This document shows positions 9,432-19,322 of a stretch of DNA of 64,000 nucleotides, piece after piece. The notes below the pieces were generated by a model. The model did no database searches. It was not told where the DNA came from and saw only the letters and a program-made list of their open reading frames with translations. The DNA lies in contig OZ241362.1 of the NCBI GenBank assembly GCA_965200315.1, positions 768,001 through 832,000 on the forward strand, written 5' to 3'. Position 1 is the first letter of the stretch. Every line of letters starts with the position of its first letter. The stretch is from Candidatus Latescibacterota bacterium. Its GTDB lineage: Bacteria; Latescibacterota; UBA2968; UBA8231. The translations under genes and the position numbers were made by a program.

Positions 9432-9818
9432 ATGCCGACCTTACGGATGCCCAACATCAACCAAGTCGCCCTCAGCGGCCGTTTGGTGCAAGAACCCGAC
9501 TTTCGCTTCATGGACAACGGTGCCGCCCGTTTGCGGGGGCGGATAGCCGTCAACCGCTCCTATCGCGATCGCAATCAAGAATGGCAAGAGGAGACCTCCT
9601 TTTTCGACATCATCCTGTGGCAGAAAGCCGCCGAGACCTTGGCCAAACGCCTGCACAAGGGCACGCCGGTCTTTATAACCGGCCGCCTGCAAAGCCACTC
9701 TTGGCGCGACAGCGACGACCAGCCCCGCTTCCGCGTCCAAGTGCAGGTGCGGAACCTGCAAGTTCTGGAAAGAGATGCAGAAGACCTGAAGGAAGAAACC
9801 GCCCTCCAAGCGGCTTGA
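9432..9818 (+). CDS. ssb: Single-stranded DNA-binding protein (short paralogue, no acidic tip)
   Basis: INQVALSGRLVQEP, WQEETSFFDIILW, KGTPVFITGRLQ; RBS AGGAG upstream. Confidence 0.9.
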   Translation: MPTLRMPNINQVALSGRLVQEPDFRFMDNGAARLRGRIAVNRSYRDRNQEWQEETSFFDIILWQKAAETLAKRLHKGTPVFITGRLQSHSWRDSDDQPRFRVQVQVRNLQVLERDAEDLKEETALQAA

Positions 9819-9834
9819 GCAAGGCTGCGACAGC

Positions 9835-9852
9835 TCGGCTGAGCTCAGTCGA
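9835..9852. repeat. Short REP-like palindrome between convergent genes
   Basis: TCGGCTGAGCTCAGTCGA followed by AGG; near-perfect inverted repeat. Confidence 0.4.
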
Positions 9853-9919
9853 AGGGAATGCGCGCGGGCAGGCGGGTGCAGTCGGCGGACGAACGAGACG
9901 CGCCGCGCCCAGCCCGCGC

Positions 9920-11101
9920 TTATTCCGCTCGCTCAAAGAGCGCGGCAATGCCCATTCCCCCGCCAATGCACAGCGCCGCTATACCCAGCCTGACGCCGCG
10001 CTGCTGCATCTGGTGTAAAAGCGTGGTGGCAATGCGTGCGCCGCTGGCACCGACCGCGTGGCCGATGGCAATGGCTCCGCCTTGGACGTTGACCTTATCC
10101 CAGTCCCAATCCAGCTCCCGCCCCACAGCCAAGCTCTGGGCAGCGAACGCTTCGTTGAGTTCGATCTGATCTACATCTTCGAGCCGGGTCCCAGTCTGGG
10201 CCAACAGTTTGCGGATCGCGGGGGCCGGGCCGATGCCCATAATGCGGGGATCGACGCCAGCACTGGCCGCGCCCCGGAGGTAGGCCAGCGGGACCAGTCC
10301 GCGCGCCTTGGCCCCTTCTTCCGTCATCAACAGCAGCGCGGCGGCCCCATCGTTGATCCCCGAAGCATTGCCCGCCGTCACGGTCCCGTCTTTCTTGAAC
10401 GCCGGTTTGAGCTGGCTTAGCTGCTCGACGGTAGTCCCGGGGCGCGGATGCTCATCAGTTGCAAAGACCGTCTCCCCGCCTTTTTGCGCGATGGATATAG
10501 GCACGATCTGACCTTTAAACGCCTCCTGCTCTTGGGCGCTGGCCCACCGCTGTTGACTCCGGGCGGCGAATTGGTCCTGTTCAGCGCGAGTAATGCCGTA
10601 TTCTGCGGCCAGATTCTCGGCCGTAATCCCCATGTGGCAGTCGTAAAAACAATCCCATAGCCCATCGAGCAGTAGCATGTCCTCGACCTGACCGTGTCCT
10701 AGTCGCTGACCCCACCGCCCGCCGTGCAGGACATAGGGTGCTTGGCTCATATTCTCCATGCCCCCCGCCAGCACGACCTCGGCCTCGCCAGTCCGCAGGC
10801 TCTGGGCGGCCAGCGCAACCGCCTTCAGCCCCGAGCCGCAGAGCTTGTTGACCGTCGTCGCCGGCACCTCGTACGGCAGCCCGGCGGCGATGGCCGCTTG
10901 GCGCGCCGGATTGGCCCTGGCCCCGCCCTGATACACCATGCCCATCAGCACTTCATCTACTTCGCGCACTTCCACTTGGCACGCTTCCAATGCTGCGGCG
11001 AGCACCTTGCCGCCCAATTCCACAGCCGTCACGTCTTGCAGCGCACCGCCAAAGCGGCCCGTGGCCGTGCGTTGGGCGCTGACTACAACTGGCTCTGCCA
11101 T
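9920..11101 (-). CDS. Acetyl-CoA C-acetyltransferase (thiolase)
   Basis: [39 protein letters not shown]. Confidence 0.95.
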   Translation of the reverse strand: MAEPVVVSAQRTATGRFGGALQDVTAVELGGKVLAAALEACQVEVREVDEVLMGMVYQGGARANPARQAAIAAGLPYEVPATTVNKLCGSGLKAVALAAQSLRTGEAEVVLAGGMENMSQAPYVLHGGRWGQRLGHGQVEDMLLLDGLWDCFYDCHMGITAENLAAEYGITRAEQDQFAARSQQRWASAQEQEAFKGQIVPISIAQKGGETVFATDEHPRPGTTVEQLSQLKPAFKKDGTVTAGNASGINDGAAALLLMTEEGAKARGLVPLAYLRGAASAGVDPRIMGIGPAPAIRKLLAQTGTRLEDVDQIELNEAFAAQSLAVGRELDWDWDKVNVQGGAIAIGHAVGASGARIATTLLHQMQQRGVRLGIAALCIGGGMGIAALFERAE

Positions 11102-11130
11102 GTCTTACCTTTCGCTTCTAGGTGGCCGCG

Positions 11131-11159
11131 TTGACGCGGTGTAGCCACTAACTTAACTT
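11131..11159 (+). promoter_or_regulatory. Putative promoter of tRNA-Ala
   Basis: TTGACG-17 bp-TAACTT ending 16 bp before the tRNA. Confidence 0.5.
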
Positions 11160-11175
11160 TTTGCATACCGGATAG

Positions 11176-11251
11176 GGGGCTGTAGCTCAGCTGGGAGAGC
11201 GCGGGCTTTGCAAGCCTGAGGTCGTCGGTTCGATCCCGATCAGCTCCACCA
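11176..11251 (+). tRNA. tRNA-Ala (anticodon TGC)
   Basis: Acceptor GGGGCTG/CAGCTCC with G3:U70, D-arm TAGCTCAGCTGGGAGAGC, anticodon loop TTTGCAA, T-arm GGTTCGATCC, encoded CCA; 76 nt. Confidence 0.97.
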
Positions 11252-11465
11252 TATATCGCGTCGCGCACGGGTTGGGCACAATTGGTCCAGCCCGACTTCG
11301 ACTCACCTTCGGCGCTCGACAGCGATCCCACCGCAAAGCCCTTCTTTTTTGCTTCATAAAAATAAACGTTGCTTCGCTTAAAGGCGAGATTCGCATAGTT
11401 GGTCAAGCAAAAGTCGTCCGCGCAACCTTGCGACTCGGCGAAGTTAGATCCTACTGGAGGACAAG

Positions 11466-13040
11466 ATGCCGCACGACCAATGGAGGCTTATTTACGTCAG
11501 CGACCCCTCGGGCAATGCCAACTACGATTTTGACCCGGGCCAAGCGCGTCCCCTCATCACCTCACACCCGGCCAAGCCAGCGGAGCTGCGGCAAATAATC
11601 GACCACGTCGCCGCCAACAAGCCCGATACCTTTATCCAAGAGGTCTATAACGCCGGCTGGACTCTGTACTTTCGCTCTCCGCGCTTTGAGTACGACGCCC
11701 GGCCCCAGCACCGGCGCTTTATTCCCATGATGGACGACGGGATCATGCCGCTACAGGTGATGCTCGACCAAGCCCGCAAGCACGGGATGAACTTCCTCGC
11801 TGGTTTTCGCATGAACGACAGCCACGGCGCACCCGACCAAGGGGGGATGTTTCTCCACAAGAACCCGCAGTGGAAAATTGCGGAGATGCCGCAGGGCACG
11901 GCCTTCGTCCCCGGCAACAGGATGGATTTCACCTTTGCCGAGGTGCGCGATTACCTCTTTTCAGTAATGGCCGAGGTCGTCGATCAATTCGACGTAGATG
12001 GGCTTGAGCTGGTCTTCCGCGAAGGTCTCTACTTTCCGGCTCCCCAAGGCGATAGAAATCTCGCACACGAGCGCCAACCGCTTATGACGGAATTGATCCA
12101 GCGGGTGCGAGACATGCTGGACCAAGCCGGCAGCCGCCGGGGCCGCGACCTGCAGTTGGGGGTCCGCGTCCCGGAGACGTTAGCGGAGTGCCACAACTGC
12201 GGTCTCGACGTGCCCACTTGGATAGCGGAAGCACTCATCGACTATGTCGCGCCCCAAGATGCCATGTATTCGGATTGCAACGCCCCACACCAAGAGTTCA
12301 GCCAGCTCACCAAGGACACCAAGTGCGAGCTCATCCCCGGCCTCCTCCCCTATTGCGCCAACCTCGACCGCACCGGTCCGCCGTTGACGCTCGAAAACTA
12401 CCGAGCCTTGGCCCACTCGTTTGCCCGCCAAGGGGCCGACGGGGTCTCTATGTACAATTTTCAGATGCACTGGGATGCTTTCTGGAAAGCGACCCGAGAT
12501 CCAGGACCGGAGGCTATGTATCCCTTGGCCCTCAGCTACCTGCGAGAGCTGCGCGATCCAGCCAAAATTGCCGCTGGCACTCGGCACTATCTCTTTCGCC
12601 CTATGTGGGGGGGCTCTACGGCCTTTGGAGCCCCGGGCATGACCGCAGGTGGGGTTATCCGAGACGCCAAGATCGACCTTGAGCGGACAGAGCAGCAACC
12701 TTATGGGCAGTATCATTTCCGCCTGTGCGAAAACTTCGCCGAGATCGTCTTCGCCAAGCTCTTTTTTCGCGCTACGGGCTTGGGGCCGTACGATCAGATT
12801 GCGGTCGATATCAACGGCACGGCCATTCCCGCCGACCAAGTGCGCCGCATCTGGCACAGCGACGGCCGGCACCCGAATCAGGGGCGGGCGCTTCCGGCGC
12901 ATACAACCTGCATTATCGATCTGTCGTCGCCGCCTGTACGCAACGGCGACAATGCCCTCGGCGTCCGCTTGCTGTTTTCTGGCCTCCCTGAAGGCTCTGT
13001 CGTCATCGACGAAGTAGAAGTGACCGTGCTGCCGCGCTAG
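11466..13040 (+). CDS. Glycoside-hydrolase-like TIM-barrel protein (GHL10-like) with C-terminal beta-sandwich
   Basis: GFRMNDSH, MDFTFAEVR, FDVDGLELVF, GADGVSMYNF; RBS GGAGG. Confidence 0.7.
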   Translation: MPHDQWRLIYVSDPSGNANYDFDPGQARPLITSHPAKPAELRQIIDHVAANKPDTFIQEVYNAGWTLYFRSPRFEYDARPQHRRFIPMMDDGIMPLQVMLDQARKHGMNFLAGFRMNDSHGAPDQGGMFLHKNPQWKIAEMPQGTAFVPGNRMDFTFAEVRDYLFSVMAEVVDQFDVDGLELVFREGLYFPAPQGDRNLAHERQPLMTELIQRVRDMLDQAGSRRGRDLQLGVRVPETLAECHNCGLDVPTWIAEALIDYVAPQDAMYSDCNAPHQEFSQLTKDTKCELIPGLLPYCANLDRTGPPLTLENYRALAHSFARQGADGVSMYNFQMHWDAFWKATRDPGPEAMYPLALSYLRELRDPAKIAAGTRHYLFRPMWGGSTAFGAPGMTAGGVIRDAKIDLERTEQQPYGQYHFRLCENFAEIVFAKLFFRATGLGPYDQIAVDINGTAIPADQVRRIWHSDGRHPNQGRALPAHTTCIIDLSSPPVRNGDNALGVRLLFSGLPEGSVVIDEVEVTVLPR

Positions 13041-13211
13041 TTGTCGCTTTTCAGCTAAGGAGGAATCTTGCTGAGGAACGATCCCGAGTTCTGGAACCGA
13101 CGGGCGAGCGCGGCTACCTTGCGGTAGCCGGGTCATCTACTACTGGCATGTCGCCGACCCGGATACCTTCGAGCGGCTGGCATCACTGTGAGTTTGAGTA
13201 ACAGCCGACCA

Positions 13212-13244
13212 GACTCAGAACGAGCGCAAACTCGCTTCTGAGTC
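13212..13244. terminator. Hairpin between convergent genes
   Basis: GACTCAGAA-CGAG-loop-CTCG-C-TTCTGAGTC; no clear U-tract. Confidence 0.45.
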
Positions 13245-13262
13245 CAAGCCTCTCTTGCACAC

Positions 13263-14411
13263 CTACGGATCCACCTGCTGGTAAAACTTCTTTACACCAT
13301 TTTCAATGGTCATAATGACCGCGCTTTTAGTTGGATGGCGGTTTTCGTTGTAGCTGGCAATGCGCGTCGCCCCAGCGTACTGTTCGGTGGCCAACAGTTG
13401 CTGCCGTATCGCATCTGCGTCGAGGCTACCCGCGCGCTCGGCAGCTTCCAAGAGCAAGCGCACCGCATCGTAGCTCACCGCATCGCCGCCAGTGGGCGCA
13501 ATCCCGTACAAGGCTTGGTATGCGTCGATGAACGCACGCGCATTCGGCTCGTCCGTGTCCGGCGAAAAGTGGCTGCTAAAAAAGCTGCCATCCACAGCGG
13601 CGTCCTCATTGTCCAACAGGGTCGGATTGTCCCAAGCATCGGCCCCGAGAAAAAGCGTCGGTTCCCCGGCCGCGTTTTGCAGCGGCAGGGCCCGCGCCTG
13701 CTTGGTCACAAGCGCAACCTCCGGCGGCAGACCCGATAGAAAAACCGCCTCGGGAGCCGCCGCCGCGATGGGGGTCAATTGCGCAGCGAAATCCGTCGCA
13801 CCGCTCTCGTAGAACTCTTCGGCGACTATCCCCCCCCCAAAGCCGCTAAAATGGGCGGTAAAAAACTCGGCGATTCCCTCGGTATAGACTTCCCCGCGCT
13901 GCGTCAAAACGGCCGCTGTATTCACCCCGAGCGTCTCTTTGGCAAACTGTGCCATGACGCGCCCTTGAAACTGGTCGGTGAAAGCAGCCATGAAGACAAC
14001 GTCGCCAGCAGCGGTCACGGCTGGATTGGTGGCCGCCGTAGTAATCATCGGCACGTTATGGCGCTGGGCTACAGCCCCCACCTCAATGGCGTGCGAGGAG
14101 CGATTGGGGCCAATGAGGGCGATGACTTCGTCGGTGAGGATCATGGTCTCCGCAGCCTGCACCGCAGCCGCCGCTTCCTGTATGTTAATCTCGGTGACCA
14201 ATTCAACAGACCGGCCCAACAGGCCCCCGCGCTCGTTGACTTCGTCCACTGCGATCTTAGCTCCATTGGGATAGGTAATGCGGTCGCCCGAGACGAGGAA
14301 CCCAATCTTAACGGGGGTGCCTTCGCCATCCTCAGTAGAAGACAGAGAACTCTTATCTTCACAAGCGGCGAACGCGATAGCTGCAACGCAGGCGACGCAG
14401 AAAAATTTCAT
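13263..14411 (-). CDS. ABC transporter substrate-binding lipoprotein (LivJ/LivK-like)
   Basis: Lipobox FAAC, VNERGGLLGRSVEL, IGPNRSS, ATNPAVT, YDAVRLL. Confidence 0.88.
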   Translation of the reverse strand: MKFFCVACVAAIAFAACEDKSSLSSTEDGEGTPVKIGFLVSGDRITYPNGAKIAVDEVNERGGLLGRSVELVTEINIQEAAAAVQAAETMILTDEVIALIGPNRSSHAIEVGAVAQRHNVPMITTAATNPAVTAAGDVVFMAAFTDQFQGRVMAQFAKETLGVNTAAVLTQRGEVYTEGIAEFFTAHFSGFGGGIVAEEFYESGATDFAAQLTPIAAAAPEAVFLSGLPPEVALVTKQARALPLQNAAGEPTLFLGADAWDNPTLLDNEDAAVDGSFFSSHFSPDTDEPNARAFIDAYQALYGIAPTGGDAVSYDAVRLLLEAAERAGSLDADAIRQQLLATEQYAGATRIASYNENRHPTKSAVIMTIENGVKKFYQQVDP

Positions 14412-14491
14412 GGCAGCTCTTCTCCTAAAGGGGTGGATGGATTCTGACTTTATCAGATTGACTATGGTTACAGTTAGGAGATGCCCTCTGA

Positions 14492-15706
14492 TCAAGGCGT
14501 TCCGCCGTGCCCCTGCGCCAAGTAGTCTTTCAGCAGTTGCGCGATTTTCGCTGCCGCCTCTTGGCACAGCGGGGCCATAGGCTCCTTGCCGCCCGGAGTA
14601 GATTTACGCACCGACACAATCAGAGGCGAGGTCTGTTCAAAGAGAACTCTTCTTTCCGACAGGAGAATTAGCTGTACGCCGATTTCGGCAACGACGGAGG
14701 CGCGTCTTTCGCTATCATGCCAGAAATTAAGCCTCATAATGTCGAAAGCCAATTTGTAGTCGCCCTTCCAAGGAAAATACTGCATGGGCGACTCGCCAAT
14801 CTGCTCGACCAAAGCGGCCACCAACGACTGATGGAGATCGGTCGTCTGCTCTTTTATATATGATACATCAATCGTGCCGAAATAAGCGTAAAAGGGGCTG
14901 TCGGGCAGATTCCCTCCTCCGGCGATAAACTGCTCCAGTCCTTGCTCGAATTGATGGGTACTGCGCCCCGCAATAAGCAGCCCCGACTCCGCTGGCACTT
15001 GCGCGACGAATTCGCTTTCTCCCGCCGCAAACAGCAGGGGCATACGGCCGCCCTGCTCATGAGCCGTAGTCGCATCGGCGGGGACAACCGAGTGCAAGAT
15101 CGCCCGGTGTTCTCCCTCCAAAAAGGATTGCGCTAGGACGGGCATCCTCTTCTCGGGGAACGACGCTGTGCTAAACGAATACCATTTCGCTACGATCTCG
15201 CCGATCCTGCGGTCCTTTAGCTCGTAACGTCCCATAAGACCGCGCTGGGTGACGATCTCCCGCCCACTCGTCTCCGCCACCCATATAGGAACGGGTACAT
15301 CGACAAATTCTTTGGCCATTATGCTCTCCTTCTCATGGCGGGCAAACCAAGCCCCGTACAAACTCAACTCGTACGCCGGCTTTAGGCTGTAGGTCAAGGG
15401 GTCTTCGTAGCGCGTGACGTGCTCAAATAGCCCTAAACCCTCCACTTCCTTCAACAGTTTCCACTCCAAACCATCAGCTTCCCGATTCGTGAGTGGGGTA
15501 AAAGCCTTCTCGGCCCCACGCCATGAGTACGGATCGTAATCCCTTGCTAAGACCAAAACTGCTATGTTCCTCTCGTTTAGCTCCTTGGGTGCTTTACCGC
15601 CGCTGCTAACGGCGCACCCGTACAGACAACAAAATGTAACAATAAAGAGAACGATCAAATGGCCGTATCCTACATGGTTCTGGTGCCACCAAAACAAAGA
15701 TTTCAT
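14492..15706 (-). CDS. Hypothetical lipoprotein (start uncertain)
   Basis: Long ORF with lower GC, hydrophobic stretch ending LYGC; no recognised family. Confidence 0.6.
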   Translation of the reverse strand: MKSLFWWHQNHVGYGHLIVLFIVTFCCLYGCAVSSGGKAPKELNERNIAVLVLARDYDPYSWRGAEKAFTPLTNREADGLEWKLLKEVEGLGLFEHVTRYEDPLTYSLKPAYELSLYGAWFARHEKESIMAKEFVDVPVPIWVAETSGREIVTQRGLMGRYELKDRRIGEIVAKWYSFSTASFPEKRMPVLAQSFLEGEHRAILHSVVPADATTAHEQGGRMPLLFAAGESEFVAQVPAESGLLIAGRSTHQFEQGLEQFIAGGGNLPDSPFYAYFGTIDVSYIKEQTTDLHQSLVAALVEQIGESPMQYFPWKGDYKLAFDIMRLNFWHDSERRASVVAEIGVQLILLSERRVLFEQTSPLIVSVRKSTPGGKEPMAPLCQEAAAKIAQLLKDYLAQGHGGTP

Positions 15707-15837
15707 AGCTCGCATCTCTAATAAGGGGAATAGGATGCGTTCAAAAAGTAAGGTGCTTGCCGCCGATTTATTGACTTTTTCCAAGCATCCACGTTCTTTG
15801 CTTTCGTTCCCTTTTGCCAACAGGAAAAGCTCTTACT

Positions 15838-16107
15838 ATGACGACGAAAAATAAAAAGCGCAAACTTTTCAAACTTTTAGCCCCGCAGGCGGAAAGCGTT
15901 TACTTGGCCGCCTCCTTCAACGACTGGGACCCGCAGGCCCGCCCGCTAAAAAAAGACGCCCAAGGCTTGTGGAAAACTTCGGTCACTTTGCCTTTGGGCA
16001 AACACGAATACCGCTTTGTGGTCGATGGCGAATGGCGCGATGATCCGCAGTGCGAAGAGCGCCGTCCCAATCCCTTCGGCACCACCAACTGCATTTTGCA
16101 CACCTAA
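15838..16107 (+). CDS. Stand-alone glycogen-binding (CBM48/AMPK-beta-like, isoamylase early set) domain protein
   Basis: APQAESVYLAASFNDW, GLWKTSVTL, EYRFVVDGEW..DP, NPFGTTN. Confidence 0.88.
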   Translation: MTTKNKKRKLFKLLAPQAESVYLAASFNDWDPQARPLKKDAQGLWKTSVTLPLGKHEYRFVVDGEWRDDPQCEERRPNPFGTTNCILHT

Positions 16108-16159
16108 TACGACGACGTAAACGGCACGGAAATCCTCTCCGTGCCGCGGAGACGAAGCC

Positions 16160-16990
16160 TTATTCCTCGGCGCGAGGCCGATATCTGCCGAGTGCGTTCC
16201 AGCCGGGATACTGCGCTTCCAAGGCGGCAAGCGTCTGGCGGGTGTAGTATGGGTGGTCGGGCGGCGGGAAGCGGAAGAGCTGGCGGTCAGCGGCGGAGAG
16301 GCCAGCGATAAACTCGCAAAAGTGCGGGTTGCGACCCACGTGGGTGTAGTGCTCGACGCCTTCCCAATAGTGGTCGGCGCGGCCATAGGCGAATTTCCAG
16401 ATATAGCGCTGCCCGTCGGCGCACCGATAGTCGCTGGCGGCGTGCCAAGAATAGTTGTGGAAGATGGCTACCGAGCCGCCAGGAGCGACCATGGGCTCAG
16501 CTCTGGCCGCGTCTTGGTGCTGGCCATCCCCGTCGGCGACGAAGAGAGTCGGGGCCTGATCCTCCTCGACATCTTCGAGGCAGAACCAGAAGTTGAGCTG
16601 GCTGTGGCGACGGTCGGATTCGGTGGGCGGCAGCAGCGAGTTGTTGCCATTGTCGATGTGGAACGGCCCACCCTTGCGGCCCGGATAGCTGACCAGACCC
16701 AAGCCGGGCCGGTAGTGAATTTGGTCAGTGCCGAGCCAGCGTCGGGCAAAGTCGATGGCCTCGCGATCGACGATGGCGCGGTTGAGGCATTGTTCGGGAT
16801 AGGGAAAATAGCAGGAGCCGATGCGGTCGGCGGGTGGGTTGTCCGCGATTTCGTCCCAAGGTTTGAGGATGCGACGGAGAGCAGCGGCCATTTCCGCGCG
16901 TTGGGCTTCGGGGAGGTAGTTGTGGACGATGACAAAGCCGCGCGTGGCAAGCGCTTTAAATACTTCGTCGTTTAGTCTTTGCTCCTGCAT
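16160..16990 (-). CDS. Phytanoyl-CoA dioxygenase (PhyH) family protein
   Basis: GFVIVHNYL, HID (HxD), distal WHAA. Confidence 0.8.
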   Translation of the reverse strand: MQEQRLNDEVFKALATRGFVIVHNYLPEAQRAEMAAALRRILKPWDEIADNPPADRIGSCYFPYPEQCLNRAIVDREAIDFARRWLGTDQIHYRPGLGLVSYPGRKGGPFHIDNGNNSLLPPTESDRRHSQLNFWFCLEDVEEDQAPTLFVADGDGQHQDAARAEPMVAPGGSVAIFHNYSWHAASDYRCADGQRYIWKFAYGRADHYWEGVEHYTHVGRNPHFCEFIAGLSAADRQLFRFPPPDHPYYTRQTLAALEAQYPGWNALGRYRPRAEE

Positions 16991-17001
16991 GATGGATTCC
17001 T

Positions 17002-17316
17002 TTAGGCAACGTATTTCTGGATGCCGACGACGAGGGCGATGCTCAGGGCCGAGATCAGCGCGACACCGACGAGCGTGATGGTCAGGGTCTCGCCTATGAA
17101 CAGGTATATCCCCAAGCCCATCAGGATGGTCACCACTCCCATGAGGAAGGTCATCAGCCCTACCCAGCGAGCTAACCCATCCTTGTCGGCGACCCGGTCC
17201 GGGTTGAGACCGGAGATCAGACCGACGCGTTTCTTAACCCCGATCAGATAGGCAATGACGTAGAGCGGCAGGGCGCAGAGCAGCATGACGAGGAAGATAA
17301 TTAGGCCTGTGTCCAT
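17002..17316 (-). CDS. Small three-TM membrane protein (DUF3784-like)
   Basis: Three hydrophobic helices; LISG...DKDGLARWVG. Confidence 0.7.
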   Translation of the reverse strand: MDTGLIIFLVMLLCALPLYVIAYLIGVKKRVGLISGLNPDRVADKDGLARWVGLMTFLMGVVTILMGLGIYLFIGETLTITLVGVALISALSIALVVGIQKYVA

Positions 17317-17345
17317 CTGGATGTCCTTTCATTGGTTGGGAGTCG

Positions 17346-19322
17346 TCACGACGGAAACGGCACGGGAATCCCATCGCCGTGCCACGGGAAGGCGTAACTC
17401 GGCGCATTGCAGAAGCGGTCTAGTCCAGCTCCGATGCGGATCGCCGTTGACGGCGGCAGTTCCACCGAGAAGTACTTCCCTTCTACAGTCGTCGCCACCT
17501 CGCCATCCTTTCCTGCGGCGCGGTATTTGAGCTGCGTGAAGCGGTGCTCGCCAAAGGCACCGGCCTGTACAATGAGGCGGCGCGCCTCGTGCCGCGACGT
17601 GTTGACGAGTTGGATGCCGACCACATCCGGCCCCAGTTCATCCACTAAAGCAGCCACGTCTAAGGGCAGCCCCGGTCGCAGGCGGTCGGCGTCGAAGTAG
17701 CGCACCGTGGCGCGCAACAAGCCGCCGTTATAGACCGACTGCGGTGCCCCCAGCGTCACTTGGGTCAACCCCTTGGTCAACACCGGCTGCGATGGGAGTC
17801 GGTTAGTCGCAATGATCTCCAAGGGACTGCGCTCGTCAGCGCGCATAGCCTCGTAGGTCTCCAGAGCCTGCTGGTACTCCGCCCGCAGGATTTGCTCTGG
17901 CCAGCCCGGATTCTTGCCGTCGTAGTACTGGAAGCGGGCGAATTCAGTATTGCCCCAGTTTTTCTCTCCTAGGGCCGTCCCCACGTCGTTCCAGTCGCGC
18001 TCCACGTCGCCGTCGCGCACCAAGGTAATTATCTCGTAGTCTTCTTGGGCCATAGAGGCGTGGTACAGGTGCATGATATCCTGACCTCGCAGCGGAGTGG
18101 GTTCCAGCCAGTAGCCCCGCATCTCAATGCCGTCGCTTACGTGCAGTCCCGGCGCAGGATTCCATTCCCAGCCATCCGACCCGTAGCGCACCGGCACGAG
18201 GAATTGCCCATCCTCCCGCTTCCTGCCGTTATCGACTTGCAGCTTGATTTGCGAGCGCAAAAAGTCGAGATACCCGCTGTCGCCGGTGAGCAGTTGAGCG
18301 CATTCGACTGCGATGTTGATGCCGTGGTACATGATGTTGTAGCCTTGGTAGTGATTCCAGCCGTACTGGCCGCCCCACCACACGCCCTCGCGTCCCCCGC
18401 CGATGACGCCCTTGGCATCGACGTTGTCCGGGCAGATACCGCCGTTCTTCTCGGTGCGCTCCATCCACACCTCAGTGTAGTCGAGAACCCACTGTTTGTA
18501 CTTGGCGTCGCCGGTGTACAGATAGGCATTGGTCACCAGCGCAGTAGCCGCCAAGCTGTTGGGCGTGTCGCACTGCAAGACGAGCCGGTCGAACAGATCG
18601 ACGATCTGCTTGCGCCGCGCTGGATTTTCAAACCACCGCGTCTCCAAGTTTTTGACGATGGGATACAGACTAGCGCGCACTCCGTAGTAATTGGCCTGCC
18701 CACCTAGGCCGCGCCCGGCCAGTAGCATGGTGTTGGCGTATTCCGCGTCCGCGTGGAGCTTGGGTCCTTGGCTCGAATGGAAGGGCGAGCGCAAGATGCG
18801 GTATTCGGGATCCCAGTTGGGCGCTTGGGGATCCTCGCCAATGAACATGGCCGCAAAACTCCGCGTCCGCCGCATGTTTTCCGATACTGCGGGGTCGGCC
18901 ACCCCAAAGTCGTAAAAGGCCATATTGCCCTCGCCCAAGTGGTGCCACTCCATGGCTTGTTCAAAGTTCCAGAACTCGTTGTGGATGGACGGGCGGAAGA
19001 CCTTCTTGTGGTCGTTGTAGCGCGTACGGTGATGGATGCGCTCGTCGCTGATGCGGGTGACGGCGTTCCAGTTGCGGAAGTGGAGGTCGAGCAAGTCGTC
19101 GGCCGCACCAATCGCGTAAAACAGGCCGAAGTTGTACATCTGTTCGTAGAGATCATCCACATCCTCGGCCAGTAAGGTGCCGCCGCCGCGCTCAAAGTAC
19201 TGCCGGGCAAACAAGCGGCCCGACTCCTCCATCAGCGCGATCAAGTTCCGCTCCATCAAAGCCCACGCCGGCGGGGCTGCAACCTCGGTCGCCTCGATCT
19301 TGGTCATATTATTTGTCACCAC
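17346..19322 (-). CDS. Conserved hypothetical protein (possible (alpha/alpha)6 glycosidase-like fold)
   Basis: 658-aa ORF with strong codon bias; NAYLYTGDAKYKQW, PDNVD, WWGG.YGW, QAGAFGEH. Confidence 0.75.
   Translation of the reverse strand: MVTNNMTKIEATEVAAPPAWALMERNLIALMEESGRLFARQYFERGGGTLLAEDVDDLYEQMYNFGLFYAIGAADDLLDLHFRNWNAVTRISDERIHHRTRYNDHKKVFRPSIHNEFWNFEQAMEWHHLGEGNMAFYDFGVADPAVSENMRRTRSFAAMFIGEDPQAPNWDPEYRILRSPFHSSQGPKLHADAEYANTMLLAGRGLGGQANYYGVRASLYPIVKNLETRWFENPARRKQIVDLFDRLVLQCDTPNSLAATALVTNAYLYTGDAKYKQWVLDYTEVWMERTEKNGGICPDNVDAKGVIGGGREGVWWGGQYGWNHYQGYNIMYHGINIAVECAQLLTGDSGYLDFLRSQIKLQVDNGRKREDGQFLVPVRYGSDGWEWNPAPGLHVSDGIEMRGYWLEPTPLRGQDIMHLYHASMAQEDYEIITLVRDGDVERDWNDVGTALGEKNWGNTEFARFQYYDGKNPGWPEQILRAEYQQALETYEAMRADERSPLEIIATNRLPSQPVLTKGLTQVTLGAPQSVYNGGLLRATVRYFDADRLRPGLPLDVAALVDELGPDVVGIQLVNTSRHEARRLIVQAGAFGEHRFTQLKYRAAGKDGEVATTVEGKYFSVELPPSTAIRIGAGLDRFCNAPSYAFPWHGDGIPVPFPS

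Noticed and set aside
11230-11251. tRNA-Ala 3' end as the att site of an integrated element
   Set aside because: No duplicate of the 3' end was noticed downstream and there is no integrase.
13830-13838. C9 tract in the LivJ-like gene as a phase-variation site
   Set aside because: It is an in-frame Gly-Gly-Gly, consistent with the G-rich minus strand, with no other support.
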